DNA of 64,000 nucleotides from a virus: IMG/VR virus record IMGVR_UViG_3300017917_002765, positions 1 through 64,000 of that record. One strand, written 5' to 3'. The translations under genes and the position numbers were made by a program. Positions within the stretch are counted from its first letter, which is position 1, and each line of letters opens with the position of its first letter. This document shows, one piece after another, positions 19,450 to 28,539 of this stretch. Below the pieces are notes generated by a model. That model made no database searches. It worked only from the letters and a program-made list of their open reading frames with translations, and was not told the DNA's origin.

Positions 19450-20139
19450 ATGGAAAAAGTTAAAATTTATGGGTTAAAAGACCCAAACACAAACGAAATT
19501 AGATATGTCGGTAAAACAGAATTACCATTAGAAAAAAGATTATATTATCATATATGGGATTTAAAAAGATGTACTAATAAACACAAAATCAATTGGTTTA
19601 ATAAATTATTAAGTAATAACGAAAAACCAATAATATTTTTAATCGAAGAAGTAGATTTTAATGTTTGGAAACAAAAAGAAAAATATTGGATTAATGAAAT
19701 GAGAAAAAATGGATGTGATTTAGTAAACTACACTGATGGTGGTGATGGGTATACATCTGAGTGGTTAAAAAAACTTTGGCAAAATAAAGAATACCGTGAT
19801 TTTCATACAAATAGAGTTACTGGTGATAAAAACCCTTTTTTTGGAAAAACACACTCAGAAGAAACTAAAAATATTCTAAGAGTTAAATGCCCTAAAAGAG
19901 GAAAAGAACATGGTTGTTTTGGTAAATCTAAAACAGAAAAAGAAAAAATTAATTTAAGAAATAAACAACCAAATTTAAAAAAAGTTAAACGAATGACGTT
20001 AACTGGTGAAGTTATCGATGTTTGGATTGGTCTTAGATTTATGTGTAAGGAATTAAACTTGGATGATGCTGCTGTTATAAGGGTTATTAAAGGTAAAAAT
20101 AAGCACCACAAAAAATTTATATTTGCTTATGTTGAGTAG
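19450..20139 (+). CDS. GIY-YIG homing endonuclease with NUMOD3
   Basis: KIYGLKDP..IRYVGKT, LVNYTDGGDG, NPFFGKTHSEETK. Confidence 0.88.
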   Translation: MEKVKIYGLKDPNTNEIRYVGKTELPLEKRLYYHIWDLKRCTNKHKINWFNKLLSNNEKPIIFLIEEVDFNVWKQKEKYWINEMRKNGCDLVNYTDGGDGYTSEWLKKLWQNKEYRDFHTNRVTGDKNPFFGKTHSEETKNILRVKCPKRGKEHGCFGKSKTEKEKINLRNKQPNLKKVKRMTLTGEVIDVWIGLRFMCKELNLDDAAVIRVIKGKNKHHKKFIFAYVE

Positions 20140-20227
20140 CAACCAGACTTATTTCTATTTTTGATAGAGTTTCTTTTAATAGTGTGTAATCACTAAAACC
20201 ACGACTACCTATTACAGCTACTTTCAT
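20117..20227 (-). pseudogene. SLOG/YspA-like protein, N-terminal fragment (not in ORF track)
   Basis: Hand translation MKVAVIGSRGFSDYTLLKETLSKIEISLV-ATQHKQI; completes the fragment at 19119..19400. Confidence 0.75.
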
Positions 20228-20230
20228 TTT

Positions 20231-21553
20231 CTATTTTACGTTGAACCCTAACGATTTTCTGTCTTTTTCTACTTGGCTAGCGTAGAAACCTTTATACGAT
20301 TCACTTATGAGACTAATCGTATCTTCTATACCCCAATTCTCATCATCATCAGACATTTCTTTTATGTTGTCAGCCAAATTTGCAATAAATGCACCTGTGA
20401 TGTTAACCTTTCTTCCATTAATCGTACCAGTTAAAGCATCATATACTTCTTGTATACGCCATTTTTCTGGTAAATGAATATTACAAACTTTGATGATTTG
20501 TTCTTCATTCAAGAAGCTGTAATCCAAAGTGAAATTAAATCTACCTGGTCTTTCAGCAGCCTTATCAACAAGACCTTTGTCATTAGTAGATGCCAACAAG
20601 CTAATCTTACGCTTCTTAACACCATCGAAGAATGATAAGAACTGACCCAATAGTCTGGTGTAGCTTCCGTTATCACGTGAACCTAAGTAAAGGTCAATAT
20701 CGTCCATGATGATTACACCATTCTCAAATACTTCACACGCTTCAAGAATTGACGCTAAGTCATCTGATGTATCGAAGTCTGGAATAATGAAAGTTGCGTT
20801 AGGTATTAGTCTTCTGGCAATCTCACGGATTGATTCAGTTTTTCCAGTGCCTGGTTCTCCATTCAACAAGTAACGAGCAGTCCCACCCTTCAATACTCTT
20901 GAAATAAAGTGGTCGATAAATTTCTTCTGAACATCATTTAAAATAAGTTCATTACTAGATTCTTTGATGTCGATTATTTCAATACCTTTGAATCGGTTTT
21001 CACGCAATTTAACCTTGATACACTTACCTTTGTATTCGGAATTATTAAAAGCCAAGGCAATTACCTTTTTGAAGCGCTCGTCAAACTCTTTGTGGCTGAT
21101 ACCTTTTTTAACACTCATGTTAAACTGAATGTTTAATTCATTTCGGTTATCAATATACATCTTTGTTTGGAAAATGTATTCATTGTCATCACCTTCTATT
21201 TTGCCCATGAACCAAAAAGAACCTGTGATTTCAAATACACCACCAAATAAAACTCTATTGACATTTTCTACCTGACCATAAGAGGTAATGGTTATTTCTT
21301 TATGTTTACCTTTATAACACGAATGCAGATAAGAGTTAAGCATTGCGAATTCGATGAATGTAATTTCTTCTGTTTGTGATTGCGCAGTATAATCATCCTC
21401 ATCCTCATCCACATCTTCATCATCAATAGGTTCATCCTCTAAAGATGCGATAAATCTTTCTGCATCTTCTTCACTATTTATTACGACTCTTTCAACATTT
21501 CTATTGGCTATGCTTGCCAATATGTCTTGAACTGATTTTGTTTTTTTTGCCAT
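20231..21553 (-). CDS. AAA+ ATPase
   Basis: GEPGTGKT, IIMDDID, STN, RPGRF. Confidence 0.9.
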   Translation of the reverse strand: MAKKTKSVQDILASIANRNVERVVINSEEDAERFIASLEDEPIDDEDVDEDEDDYTAQSQTEEITFIEFAMLNSYLHSCYKGKHKEITITSYGQVENVNRVLFGGVFEITGSFWFMGKIEGDDNEYIFQTKMYIDNRNELNIQFNMSVKKGISHKEFDERFKKVIALAFNNSEYKGKCIKVKLRENRFKGIEIIDIKESSNELILNDVQKKFIDHFISRVLKGGTARYLLNGEPGTGKTESIREIARRLIPNATFIIPDFDTSDDLASILEACEVFENGVIIMDDIDLYLGSRDNGSYTRLLGQFLSFFDGVKKRKISLLASTNDKGLVDKAAERPGRFNFTLDYSFLNEEQIIKVCNIHLPEKWRIQEVYDALTGTINGRKVNITGAFIANLADNIKEMSDDDENWGIEDTISLISESYKGFYASQVEKDRKSLGFNVK

Positions 21554-21598
21554 ATTTTTGTTCTATTGTTTTAGTTAATTTATGTAATATATTTTGGC

Positions 21599-22186
21599 TC
21601 ATTCACCATTCTCCATTTTAGCTTTTAGTTTTGCTAAAATATCACTTGACTCACCCAAAGAAAATGTCGTAACATTCTTTGGCTTGGCTATCTTCCTAAC
21701 TTTTTCTTGTACTTGAGAATCCTGAATCTCTTGCACTCTCTCCACAAAAGATGACCTGCGAATACCATATAAAAGCCAATTGATATGCTTGTCACCTTTT
21801 AAAGATTTAGTGATAACCCAATTGTAAAACTCTTGTGCTACACCATAAGACATAAATGTTGTAGTGTCTTTTCCAGTTACACCCAAAGCTCGTTCTCCTA
21901 TTAACTTTGACACTGGAGATTCAACCTTATCCTCAGAAAACATTGATTTCATATGAGCCATTATGTCATCTTTAAATTCATCTGTGTTGATTCCTTGTAT
22001 AATATCTTGCACTGAAACCAATTGTTTATTGGTTATAGCACATTTGAAATTATCCTTGGGTTTTTCAAACACTTTAACAATGTTGGTGACTGGTAAATAA
22101 GACCTGACCAAATGATTGATGAAATTTTTGGATTTAGGGTTAGATAACATAGCATCTAAACTACTATGAATTTGTTCTTTAGTCAT
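21599..22186 (-). CDS. Hypothetical protein
   Basis: 195 aa ORF. Confidence 0.7.
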   Translation of the reverse strand: MTKEQIHSSLDAMLSNPKSKNFINHLVRSYLPVTNIVKVFEKPKDNFKCAITNKQLVSVQDIIQGINTDEFKDDIMAHMKSMFSEDKVESPVSKLIGERALGVTGKDTTTFMSYGVAQEFYNWVITKSLKGDKHINWLLYGIRRSSFVERVQEIQDSQVQEKVRKIAKPKNVTTFSLGESSDILAKLKAKMENGE

Positions 22187-22196
22187 GTGTTACTTA

Positions 22197-22562
22197 TTAA
22201 GATAATAATTGAAAAGTTAAAAATAATTGTATGTAGTGTAGAACTTGGTCAAAACCAACGCTAACAAAAAAATTATGATAATCACCCTTGGCCCACAATT
22301 TACTATTAAGTCTACTAGTAAAATAATCTGTCACCCAATGACAAATAAATGTAATAGGCATGAAAAGAGCTAACATGAGATAATTACCAGTTAAAATTGC
22401 GTATATATTTGAGACTATCAACCATACAGTACTATAAGACAAAACATGCTCAGTTAAAGCTTCATTGCTTTTGCTTTTATTAACAGCTTGCCAATGTGTT
22501 TGCAAGACAAAATCAGAAAACCAATGGATTAAAATAATCAAAAAAATTATAGTTAAACTCAT
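22197..22562 (-). CDS. DUF3307-like membrane protein
   Basis: HWFSDFVLQ, HWVTD, DQVLH. Confidence 0.8.
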   Translation of the reverse strand: MSLTIIFLIILIHWFSDFVLQTHWQAVNKSKSNEALTEHVLSYSTVWLIVSNIYAILTGNYLMLALFMPITFICHWVTDYFTSRLNSKLWAKGDYHNFFVSVGFDQVLHYIQLFLTFQLLS

Positions 22563-22993
22563 ACCGCTATCTTTTCAAGAATTATCCTATTTACTACCTT
22601 ATTATCAAAAGATTTACCCTTTTGTTCTTTATTAAACACACCCATCAAAAACCCTTGGTTTTTATTTATACCATCTCTACTAACTAATTCATCAACAATA
22701 ACTCTAATCTCATCTTCACTCATCAATGTAGGTAGATATGCTTGCAAATATGAAAGTTCAGCTGTTTGTTCTGTAACATCTTGACCAAGTTTTTTCTTAG
22801 CTTCAATAGTTTCATTAATTCCTTTTTCAAAAGACTTAACAACCTTAAGAACATTTTCATCAGTAGAGGGGATAAGTTTACCTTCTTGTGTTTGAATCGC
22901 TCCTTTCAAGACACCTAAAAAATTCTTTTTTTCGAAGTTTTTGGTTTTGTATGCTTCCATAAAGTCAGCATTGATTTTTTCTTTTAAACTCAT
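22559..22993 (-). CDS. GatB/YqeY domain protein
   Basis: LKEKINADF.EA.K ... EL..LQAYLP.LMSEDEI. Confidence 0.85.
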   Translation of the reverse strand: MSLKEKINADFMEAYKTKNFEKKNFLGVLKGAIQTQEGKLIPSTDENVLKVVKSFEKGINETIEAKKKLGQDVTEQTAELSYLQAYLPTLMSEDEIRVIVDELVSRDGINKNQGFLMGVFNKEQKGKSFDNKVVNRIILEKIAV

Positions 22994-23068
22994 TGTTTTT
23001 GTTTTCCCAATTAAGTAATTGATTACGCTACAAAGGTACTACATTTTTCAATCAAATGCAAGTCTATC

Positions 23069-23572
23069 TCAAGAATATTTTTCATAGTATTCAAAAACAA
23101 ACTTGTATCCGTTTTCTTCCATTACATCACTAGAATTAACAAGTTTCCACTTGGTTCTGTCAAAACCTTCAAGATATACATCACCATCAATTTCAGCCAA
23201 TATTCTAGTCAAATAAAGTTTGTTAGCATATGGAAAAGATTTCTTATATATTTCACCACCACCAATAACAAAAACATCATCGTTATTTTTAGCAGAAATA
23301 AACAAATTCAATAAATAATATAAGTCAGTATAGACTGCACAAGTATCATTGTAGAACTCTTTGTTTCTAGTAACAACCATGTTTAATCTGTTAGGCAAAG
23401 GTCTGAACCTTGGAGGAAGACTATCCCAACATTTACGACCCATAATAACAATGGACCCATCTGTAATTCGCTTAAAATTTTTTAAATCAGTTGGGAGCCT
23501 CCAAGGAATATCATTTCCTTTGCCAATTATATTGTTGCTTGACACAGCAACTATTATGTTAATGTTTGACAT
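23069..23572 (-). CDS. folA: Dihydrofolate reductase
   Basis: IGKGNDIPWRLPTDL, IMGRK, RPLPNR, VIGGGEIY. Confidence 0.95.
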   Translation of the reverse strand: MSNINIIVAVSSNNIIGKGNDIPWRLPTDLKNFKRITDGSIVIMGRKCWDSLPPRFRPLPNRLNMVVTRNKEFYNDTCAVYTDLYYLLNLFISAKNNDDVFVIGGGEIYKKSFPYANKLYLTRILAEIDGDVYLEGFDRTKWKLVNSSDVMEENGYKFVFEYYEKYS

Positions 23573-23780
23573 TTCTTTTTATTAATATTTCACCATTTTC
23601 TTCCGTAATTGATTCTAATGTGTCTTTACCATATGTGGCAACATCAAAAACGACTGAACGATTTTGGTTTATCCAACGCTTAAAAATGAGTTCACCCTTA
23701 GCATTGAATAAATAAAGTTCATTTCCATGTATTTCTTTTCTAAAAGTTCCTCTTGTAAATTCTGAATTAAACATTTTCAA
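23559..23780 (-). CDS. Hypothetical protein
   Basis: 73 aa ORF. Confidence 0.6.
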   Translation of the reverse strand: MKMFNSEFTRGTFRKEIHGNELYLFNAKGELIFKRWINQNRSVVFDVATYGKDTLESITEENGEILIKRNVKH

Positions 23781-23955
23781 GTTCTGACTTTTTTAAATTA
23801 ATAAGAGTTAATAAATGTGTATAAAATGAATAATCACAATACTTTTTTAAATAAAGCAAAACATATTTTTCCGCAGATTTTAATTGTTCTTGCGTCTTAC
23901 AAGATGAGATTACTTTTATTGTTTTGTCCTCTGTTTTTAATTTCATGTTATTCAT
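23767..23955 (-). CDS. Hypothetical phage protein
   Basis: KVISSC.T..QL..A..Y motif. Confidence 0.6.
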   Translation of the reverse strand: MNNMKLKTEDKTIKVISSCKTQEQLKSAEKYVLLYLKKYCDYSFYTHLLTLINLKKSELENV

Positions 23956-23959
23956 TTAA

Positions 23960-24184
23960 CTAATTTTTAACACACTTATCACAATATAATGGAGGTGCTT
24001 GACCTATCGGAGTGGATATGTAATCTTCATCACCTACGCCACGTCTTTCTATCACCACACAATTACCATCAGAGTCTAAATCACTCTCTTTACATGAAAC
24101 ATAACACATCATACAAGAACATCTATTACAAAGAGCAACTGGATTTCCACCATTAAATTTTATAATTGGTTTTAGTACATCCAT
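23960..24184 (-). CDS. Small Cys-rich protein
   Basis: KFNGG..ALCNRC ... YCDKC. Confidence 0.6.
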   Translation of the reverse strand: MDVLKPIIKFNGGNPVALCNRCSCMMCYVSCKESDLDSDGNCVVIERRGVGDEDYISTPIGQAPPLYCDKCVKN

Positions 24185-24203
24185 AAAAACGTATTAATAA
24201 ATA

Positions 24204-24491
24204 TTACTCCTGTTCACCTTGTTTTGTCATCAAGGTGTTTAAGTGGTCAATAGCTGTTTTTAACATGTCATCCTTTTTACCATAACCATTTTGGTCCACA
24301 ACCATAACCAAAGAACAAAAGGCTTCAAAAGCACACGAAACGTCCTGTAAAATCATTGTTTTAGCATCTTCTGGTGTTTGCGGTAAAGGAATGTCATTTG
24401 GTTTTTTAAACATCATAACCTTTTCTCTAGTAGTATCGACATCAATAATCAATATATTCTTCATAAAGTTTAATTTTAAACAAAAATACAC
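24204..24491 (-). CDS. Hypothetical protein
   Basis: 95 aa ORF. Confidence 0.6.
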   Translation of the reverse strand: MYFCLKLNFMKNILIIDVDTTREKVMMFKKPNDIPLPQTPEDAKTMILQDVSCAFEAFCSLVMVVDQNGYGKKDDMLKTAIDHLNTLMTKQGEQE

Positions 24492-24536
24492 ATTTTTTTT
24501 TAGACTATCAAGTATTTATAACAAAAAGATAAAAAC

Positions 24537-24686
24537 ATGGCAAAAAAAGAAAAAAAAGCCGAAGTTTCAGTAGGTTTAAAAAAAGTTAAAGTAAACAGAA
24601 AAGGTATTCACGCTAAGAAAAAAGCTTCTTATAGCAAACATTCAAAGAATTACTTGAAGAGATACAAAGGTCAGGGTAGAGGTTAA
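24537..24686 (+). CDS. Small basic phage protein ending YxGQGR (not in ORF track)
   Basis: MAKKEKKAEVSVGLKKVKVNRKGIHAKKKASYSKHSKNYLKRYKGQGRG; upstream GTATTTATA motif. Confidence 0.7.
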   Translation: MAKKEKKAEVSVGLKKVKVNRKGIHAKKKASYSKHSKNYLKRYKGQGRG

Positions 24687-24774
24687 CCTTAATTAATATG
24701 TGTAAGGTTCTTTAACTTTAAAATTAAAGCTTTTGTTGTTTTAATTATAAGAGTTATTAACATTATTGTTACCA

Positions 24775-25992
24775 TTAGTGTTGTAATAAGTAGCTTATTT
24801 TTACATCTTTTCTTTGCGCACCTATATCACTATCACCAGTAGGTAAAACAATCAAATTATATTGAAACTTGTCCCCTTCTTTCGTAGGTAATTCGTCTGT
24901 GAACACTAAACTTTCTCTTGTAACATTATCTTTTTTACCGTAAATTTTAAAAATAATGTCTTTTAAACGTTCACCAGAATCTTCCGTTTTAAATATTGGT
25001 AACCCATCATCAGCTTTAACATAATGAGCTCCCTTTTTTAAGAAAATATCTTTATCTGCCCAAATATTTTTAGGGACATTAGTTGCTCTTTTTACTGTAT
25101 CACCTAATGTTTTATCAACCAATTGCTTTTCATCAGAATAAGCATCAGTAGAAAAATTAATAACAAAATCTTTATTATCATTTAATTCTATAACATATTT
25201 ACCTTTTTTTGTATAGGCATATGATTTGACATTATAACCTTTTTCTAAAAGTTCTTTAGTGGCTTCTTTTGCAATCTGTAAATACTTGTCACCAAAGAAA
25301 TCACCAGCGTCATTCCATCTAATTAAAAGCTGTCGTTTAACGCTTCTACCAATAGAAGCTTGTTTATTTCTTTCAGCAAAAACAGATAATTCTTGTATAA
25401 CCCTTTCTTTATATCTTTCTGGATTATTTAACATCAAATTTATTCTCCTAGTCAATTTCATTGTTTTTGAATCATCCATACCATAAAAACCTTTTCTTGC
25501 ATAACAAAGAGCAACACAAGCACCAGCACCAGGACAAGAATTTACCGCAACGAATCTTTTATGCTCAATGTCATAAACAATAGCTATTAAAGCTGGTAAA
25601 CCAGTGTTTACAGTAAGTTGTGGTCTACCTATATCACTCTTTTCCATTTTTGGATTATGGTCAAATATGGTTTCTGGTTCAGCAGTTAAATTTTCAATGA
25701 ACTTATCTAAATTTATATTACCGCTTTTATCAATAACACCTTCAATTGAACCTCTGGTTACAATAACATCTTCAATATCCGTAGTTTTAGGTTTAGCCTT
25801 TCTACGTTTTACTTTATCTTTTTCTGATTTTTCTTTATTCGCATTTAAACGATTTAATTCGTCAGTTAACCATTCAGCAACTTTTTCTGGTCTTAAACAA
25901 GCATGTCTAACATCACCAAAAACACCTTCGAAATCTATTTCATCTAGTTTTTGTTTAAATTCCAATGATTCTCTAAGTAATTTCTTAATCAT
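24775..25992 (-). CDS. Gp88-like protein (Cys-cluster)
   Basis: SCPGAGACVALCYARKG, RWNDAGDF, YAYTK; IKKLLRE N-terminus. Confidence 0.75.
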   Translation of the reverse strand: MIKKLLRESLEFKQKLDEIDFEGVFGDVRHACLRPEKVAEWLTDELNRLNANKEKSEKDKVKRRKAKPKTTDIEDVIVTRGSIEGVIDKSGNINLDKFIENLTAEPETIFDHNPKMEKSDIGRPQLTVNTGLPALIAIVYDIEHKRFVAVNSCPGAGACVALCYARKGFYGMDDSKTMKLTRRINLMLNNPERYKERVIQELSVFAERNKQASIGRSVKRQLLIRWNDAGDFFGDKYLQIAKEATKELLEKGYNVKSYAYTKKGKYVIELNDNKDFVINFSTDAYSDEKQLVDKTLGDTVKRATNVPKNIWADKDIFLKKGAHYVKADDGLPIFKTEDSGERLKDIIFKIYGKKDNVTRESLVFTDELPTKEGDKFQYNLIVLPTGDSDIGAQRKDVKISYLLQH

Positions 25993-26029
25993 ATTTACTT
26001 TTTAATATAAATATCCAATCAAATTTCAA

Positions 26030-26629
26030 TTATTGAAAATCATAAGTTTTTTTTGTTCCATCAACTTTTGAGTAAACAATATCACTAACAGTAGATTTTA
26101 TATCTTTCAACTCATTCAATTTCTTAATGTATTTGTCAGCCATATTAGGTTTAACATACGCTATTGTACAGTGTGGGTGATAATTTGGATAACTTGTCGT
26201 ATGAGGAAACTTCCTGAACTCTTTGTTTAATTTATGCATATCTTCACTTTCAACATCAAACTTTAATACTTCAAATAGTTCATTTTTGAAAGCTGAAATA
26301 CCCTTAAAAGACAACTCTGGTTTTTTCATTTTGGCTATTTGCTTTTCAATATCAGCATCAGGTATATCACCATGTAAACCAAATAAAACCGTTACGTGAG
26401 GCTCCGTTTCTCTACCATATGTTGGGTCATCTTCTGGTTGATATAAGTCTTCATCCTTGATTATACTAGATAATTTATCCCAATCTTTTTGGTCAATTTC
26501 TAAATTAACCATCAAACAACCATATTCGTTTTTATGCGTTGTTTTTTTGTGTTTACCTTCTAGTAAAGCTTTTCTAAGCGTTTGTTTAATGTCCATAATT
26601 AAAAATATCTCATTTCTACAAAAAGGCAA
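26030..26629 (-). CDS. 2H phosphoesterase (Acb1/T4 57B-like candidate); likely start MDIK
   Basis: Two HxT motifs, PHVTV and PHCTI. Confidence 0.75.
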   Translation of the reverse strand: MPFCRNEIFLIMDIKQTLRKALLEGKHKKTTHKNEYGCLMVNLEIDQKDWDKLSSIIKDEDLYQPEDDPTYGRETEPHVTVLFGLHGDIPDADIEKQIAKMKKPELSFKGISAFKNELFEVLKFDVESEDMHKLNKEFRKFPHTTSYPNYHPHCTIAYVKPNMADKYIKKLNELKDIKSTVSDIVYSKVDGTKKTYDFQ

Positions 26630-26702
26630 TAAAAAAAGCCGACATAATATCGGCTTAATTTATCACTTGGAGCAAATCAGAGATGAGTCCTCGGTCTTGT
26701 TA

Positions 26703-26948
26703 TTATTTTCCAAATTCTACTAAAGCTAAATTAATATCTGCTTCAGATAGTTCAAAAACATCAGTTGACCATTTCCCACCCCAAGCTATAATAAACTTGT
26801 CTTTTTCGTGTCTGTTTTTTAACGCATCTAATTTTTGAGATGTGCTTGAATAGAAGCTAATGTTTCTATCACAATCAATTTTAACTAATGGGTTTAGTTT
26901 GCTTTCAAAGCAATACGTAATAGGCGATATTTCAGTAAAATGTCTCAT
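26703..26948 (-). CDS. Hypothetical protein
   Basis: W.GKW.TDVF motif. Confidence 0.6.
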   Translation of the reverse strand: MRHFTEISPITYCFESKLNPLVKIDCDRNISFYSSTSQKLDALKNRHEKDKFIIAWGGKWSTDVFELSEADINLALVEFGK

Positions 26949-26958
26949 ATTTTATGTT

Positions 26959-27189
26959 TTAGGATACAAAGGTATAAAATTTATTTGACATTTCCAAATC
27001 TTGTTGAATTATTTCACTAATATTATCAAATGTTATTTGATTTAGAATACCAAATACCATGTGATATTGACCATTGCCTTGTGGAAATAAAGTAATACAA
27101 ACACGATAACCTCGATGGTTTGAATACTGAACCCAGATTCTTCTGAATTGAGGATAAGCGACTTCTAATTGCAATTCTAATTCTCTCAT
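26959..27189 (-). CDS. Hypothetical protein
   Basis: 76 aa ORF. Confidence 0.55.
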   Translation of the reverse strand: MRELELQLEVAYPQFRRIWVQYSNHRGYRVCITLFPQGNGQYHMVFGILNQITFDNISEIIQQDLEMSNKFYTFVS

Positions 27190-27202
27190 TATTTTAGTAT
27201 TT

Positions 27203-27293
27203 TGGTGTCTCTGGAGGGATTCGAACCCACGATGGTGCTTTCACACGTCAGCTTAAAAGGCTGTTCCGTTCGGCCAGCTACGGGAACAGAGAC
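27203..27293 (-). tRNA. tRNA-Lys(UUU), long variable arm, encoded CCA
   Basis: Acceptor gtctctg/cagagac; loop ctTTTaa; T-loop ttcgaat. Confidence 0.8.
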
Positions 27294-27298
27294 ATTTG

Positions 27299-27372
27299 TT
27301 GACGTGATGGGAGTTGAACCCACATAAATCTCCTTAAGAGGGAGTTCCGAATGCCTTTACGGGTACACGTCA
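27299..27372 (-). tRNA. tRNA-Lys(CUU)
   Basis: Acceptor tgacgtg/cacgtca; ctcc-ctCTTaa-ggag. Confidence 0.75.
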
Positions 27373-27380
27373 GTGTTTAG

Positions 27381-27453
27381 TGTCCCCGACAGGGTTCGAA
27401 CCTGTGACCTACTGGTTAAAATCCAGTTGCTCTACCTACTAAGCTACGGAGAC
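27381..27453 (-). tRNA. tRNA-Lys(UUU)
   Basis: ctgg-atTTTaa-ccag; canonical T arm. Confidence 0.85.
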
Positions 27454-27575
27454 ATAATATTCCTATTAAGCACCCGTAGCTATTTAACCACAGATGCCTT
27501 TAACGTTTGGATTTTCGTTTAGATTTGAAGGTCATCTTTTTCATAATGTGTTTTTTTTTGTTGTTAATAATTTTG

Positions 27576-27647
27576 AGCATCATACAGAAATCGAATCTGC
27601 GTCCCCACATTGGCAATGTGGTATAATAGCCACTATACGAATGATGC
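27576..27647 (-). tRNA. tRNA-Gly(GCC)
   Basis: ccaca-ttGCCaa-tgtgg; U73. Confidence 0.9.
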
Positions 27648-27750
27648 ATGGAGCAACCTCAGATAACAAATTTCCTATTGCTAGTTTTTGGAGTTATCCT
27701 CTGGTTGCGTGTTAAGTTTTAATTTTCACCAGTCTTAACAACTGGCTGAG

Positions 27751-27822
27751 AGCAGACAACGGGTCTCGAACCCGCCCCCGAACTTTGGAAGACTCCCGTG
27801 CCACCAACAACACCTTGTCTGC
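27751..27822 (-). tRNA. tRNA-Gly(UCC), weak anticodon stem
   Basis: Acceptor gcagaca/tgtctgc; U73; loop ctTCCaa. Confidence 0.75.
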
Positions 27823-27869
27823 ATTTGACTTTCTGACCTCCTTCATACGGAGTTCAAAGTCTAATACCA

Positions 27870-27955
27870 TGGAGCCGAAGGAGGGACTCGAACCCCCGAT
27901 GTTCTTTCGATGGCTGATTACAAATCAGCTGCTGTCGCCACTGAGCCACTTCGGC
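27870..27955 (-). tRNA. tRNA-Thr(UGU), long variable region, encoded CCA
   Basis: gctga-ttTGTaa-tcagc. Confidence 0.88.
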
Positions 27956-28014
27956 ATTAATGACTTTCTATGCTACGGTTGTTCACCGTCTATGAAAATC
28001 TAACAGTCTAGAAG

Positions 28015-28100
28015 TGGGGGAGGAGGGATTCGAACCCCCTGAGTTTCTTATGTGCCAGATTTACAGTCTGGTGCCCATCCGCCATCTGAGCAGCTCCCCC
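28015..28100 (-). tRNA. tRNA-Tyr(GUA)
   Basis: ccaga-ctGTAaa-tctgg; long variable arm. Confidence 0.9.
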
Positions 28101-28172
28101 AAAAACAGAGTGATGTTTTCGATTCAAAATAAAAGTTTGATGATTGTTAATTTGCTGAAATCACTCTTCTTG

Positions 28173-28259
28173 TTGCGCCAATAGGATTTTAACCTATACC
28201 TAGGGTTTTTCAACCACCAAGTTCAAAGGGTAATACCCTGCCAGTTAGGCGATAGCGCA
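28173..28259 (-). tRNA. Atypical tRNA-Gln(UUG)-like RNA
   Basis: Acceptor tgcgcta/tggcgca; ctTTGaa within an enlarged loop; extra GAAA hairpin; T-loop ttaaaat. Confidence 0.55.
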
Positions 28260-28265
28260 GTGTTG

Positions 28266-28336
28266 TTGTCCCGACACGATTCGAACGTATATCAAAGGCT
28301 TCAAAGACCCTTATTCTGCCATTAAACTACAGGACA
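28266..28336 (-). tRNA. tRNA-Gln(UUG)
   Basis: agggt-ctTTGaa-gcctt. Confidence 0.85.
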
Positions 28337-28344
28337 ATATTTTG

Positions 28345-28417
28345 TAGAGTAGAGAGGACTCGAACCTCCAACCTTACGGTCCCAAACCGTATAATCTACC
28401 AATTGATATACTACTCT
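28345..28417 (-). tRNA. tRNA-Pro(UGG)
   Basis: tacgg-ttTGGga-ccgta. Confidence 0.88.
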
Positions 28418-28473
28418 ATGAAAATCCAACATTTCAAATAACACTCGGTCAATATTTTACTTGGTGACCAACC

Positions 28474-28516
28474 AAAAACAAAAAACCCTAGTCTGGTTTT
28501 ATTTAGACTAGGGTTT
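28474..28516 (-). terminator. Attenuator terminator of the Pro/Gln/Tyr/Thr/Gly/Lys tRNA operon
   Basis: AAACCCTAGTCT-loop-AGACTAGGGTTTTTTGTTTTT. Confidence 0.85.
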
Positions 28517-28539
28517 GCGTTTTCTTTCTTTTACTTGGT

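Noticed and set aside
19374-20140. Group I intron in the SLOG gene
   Set aside because: The insert is almost entirely the antisense endonuclease ORF plus a short AT-rich spacer, leaving no recognisable catalytic core.
27751-27822. Reading this tRNA as Trp(CCA)
   Set aside because: The alternative loop register gives a much worse stem. The GC-start acceptor and U73 fit Gly(UCC).
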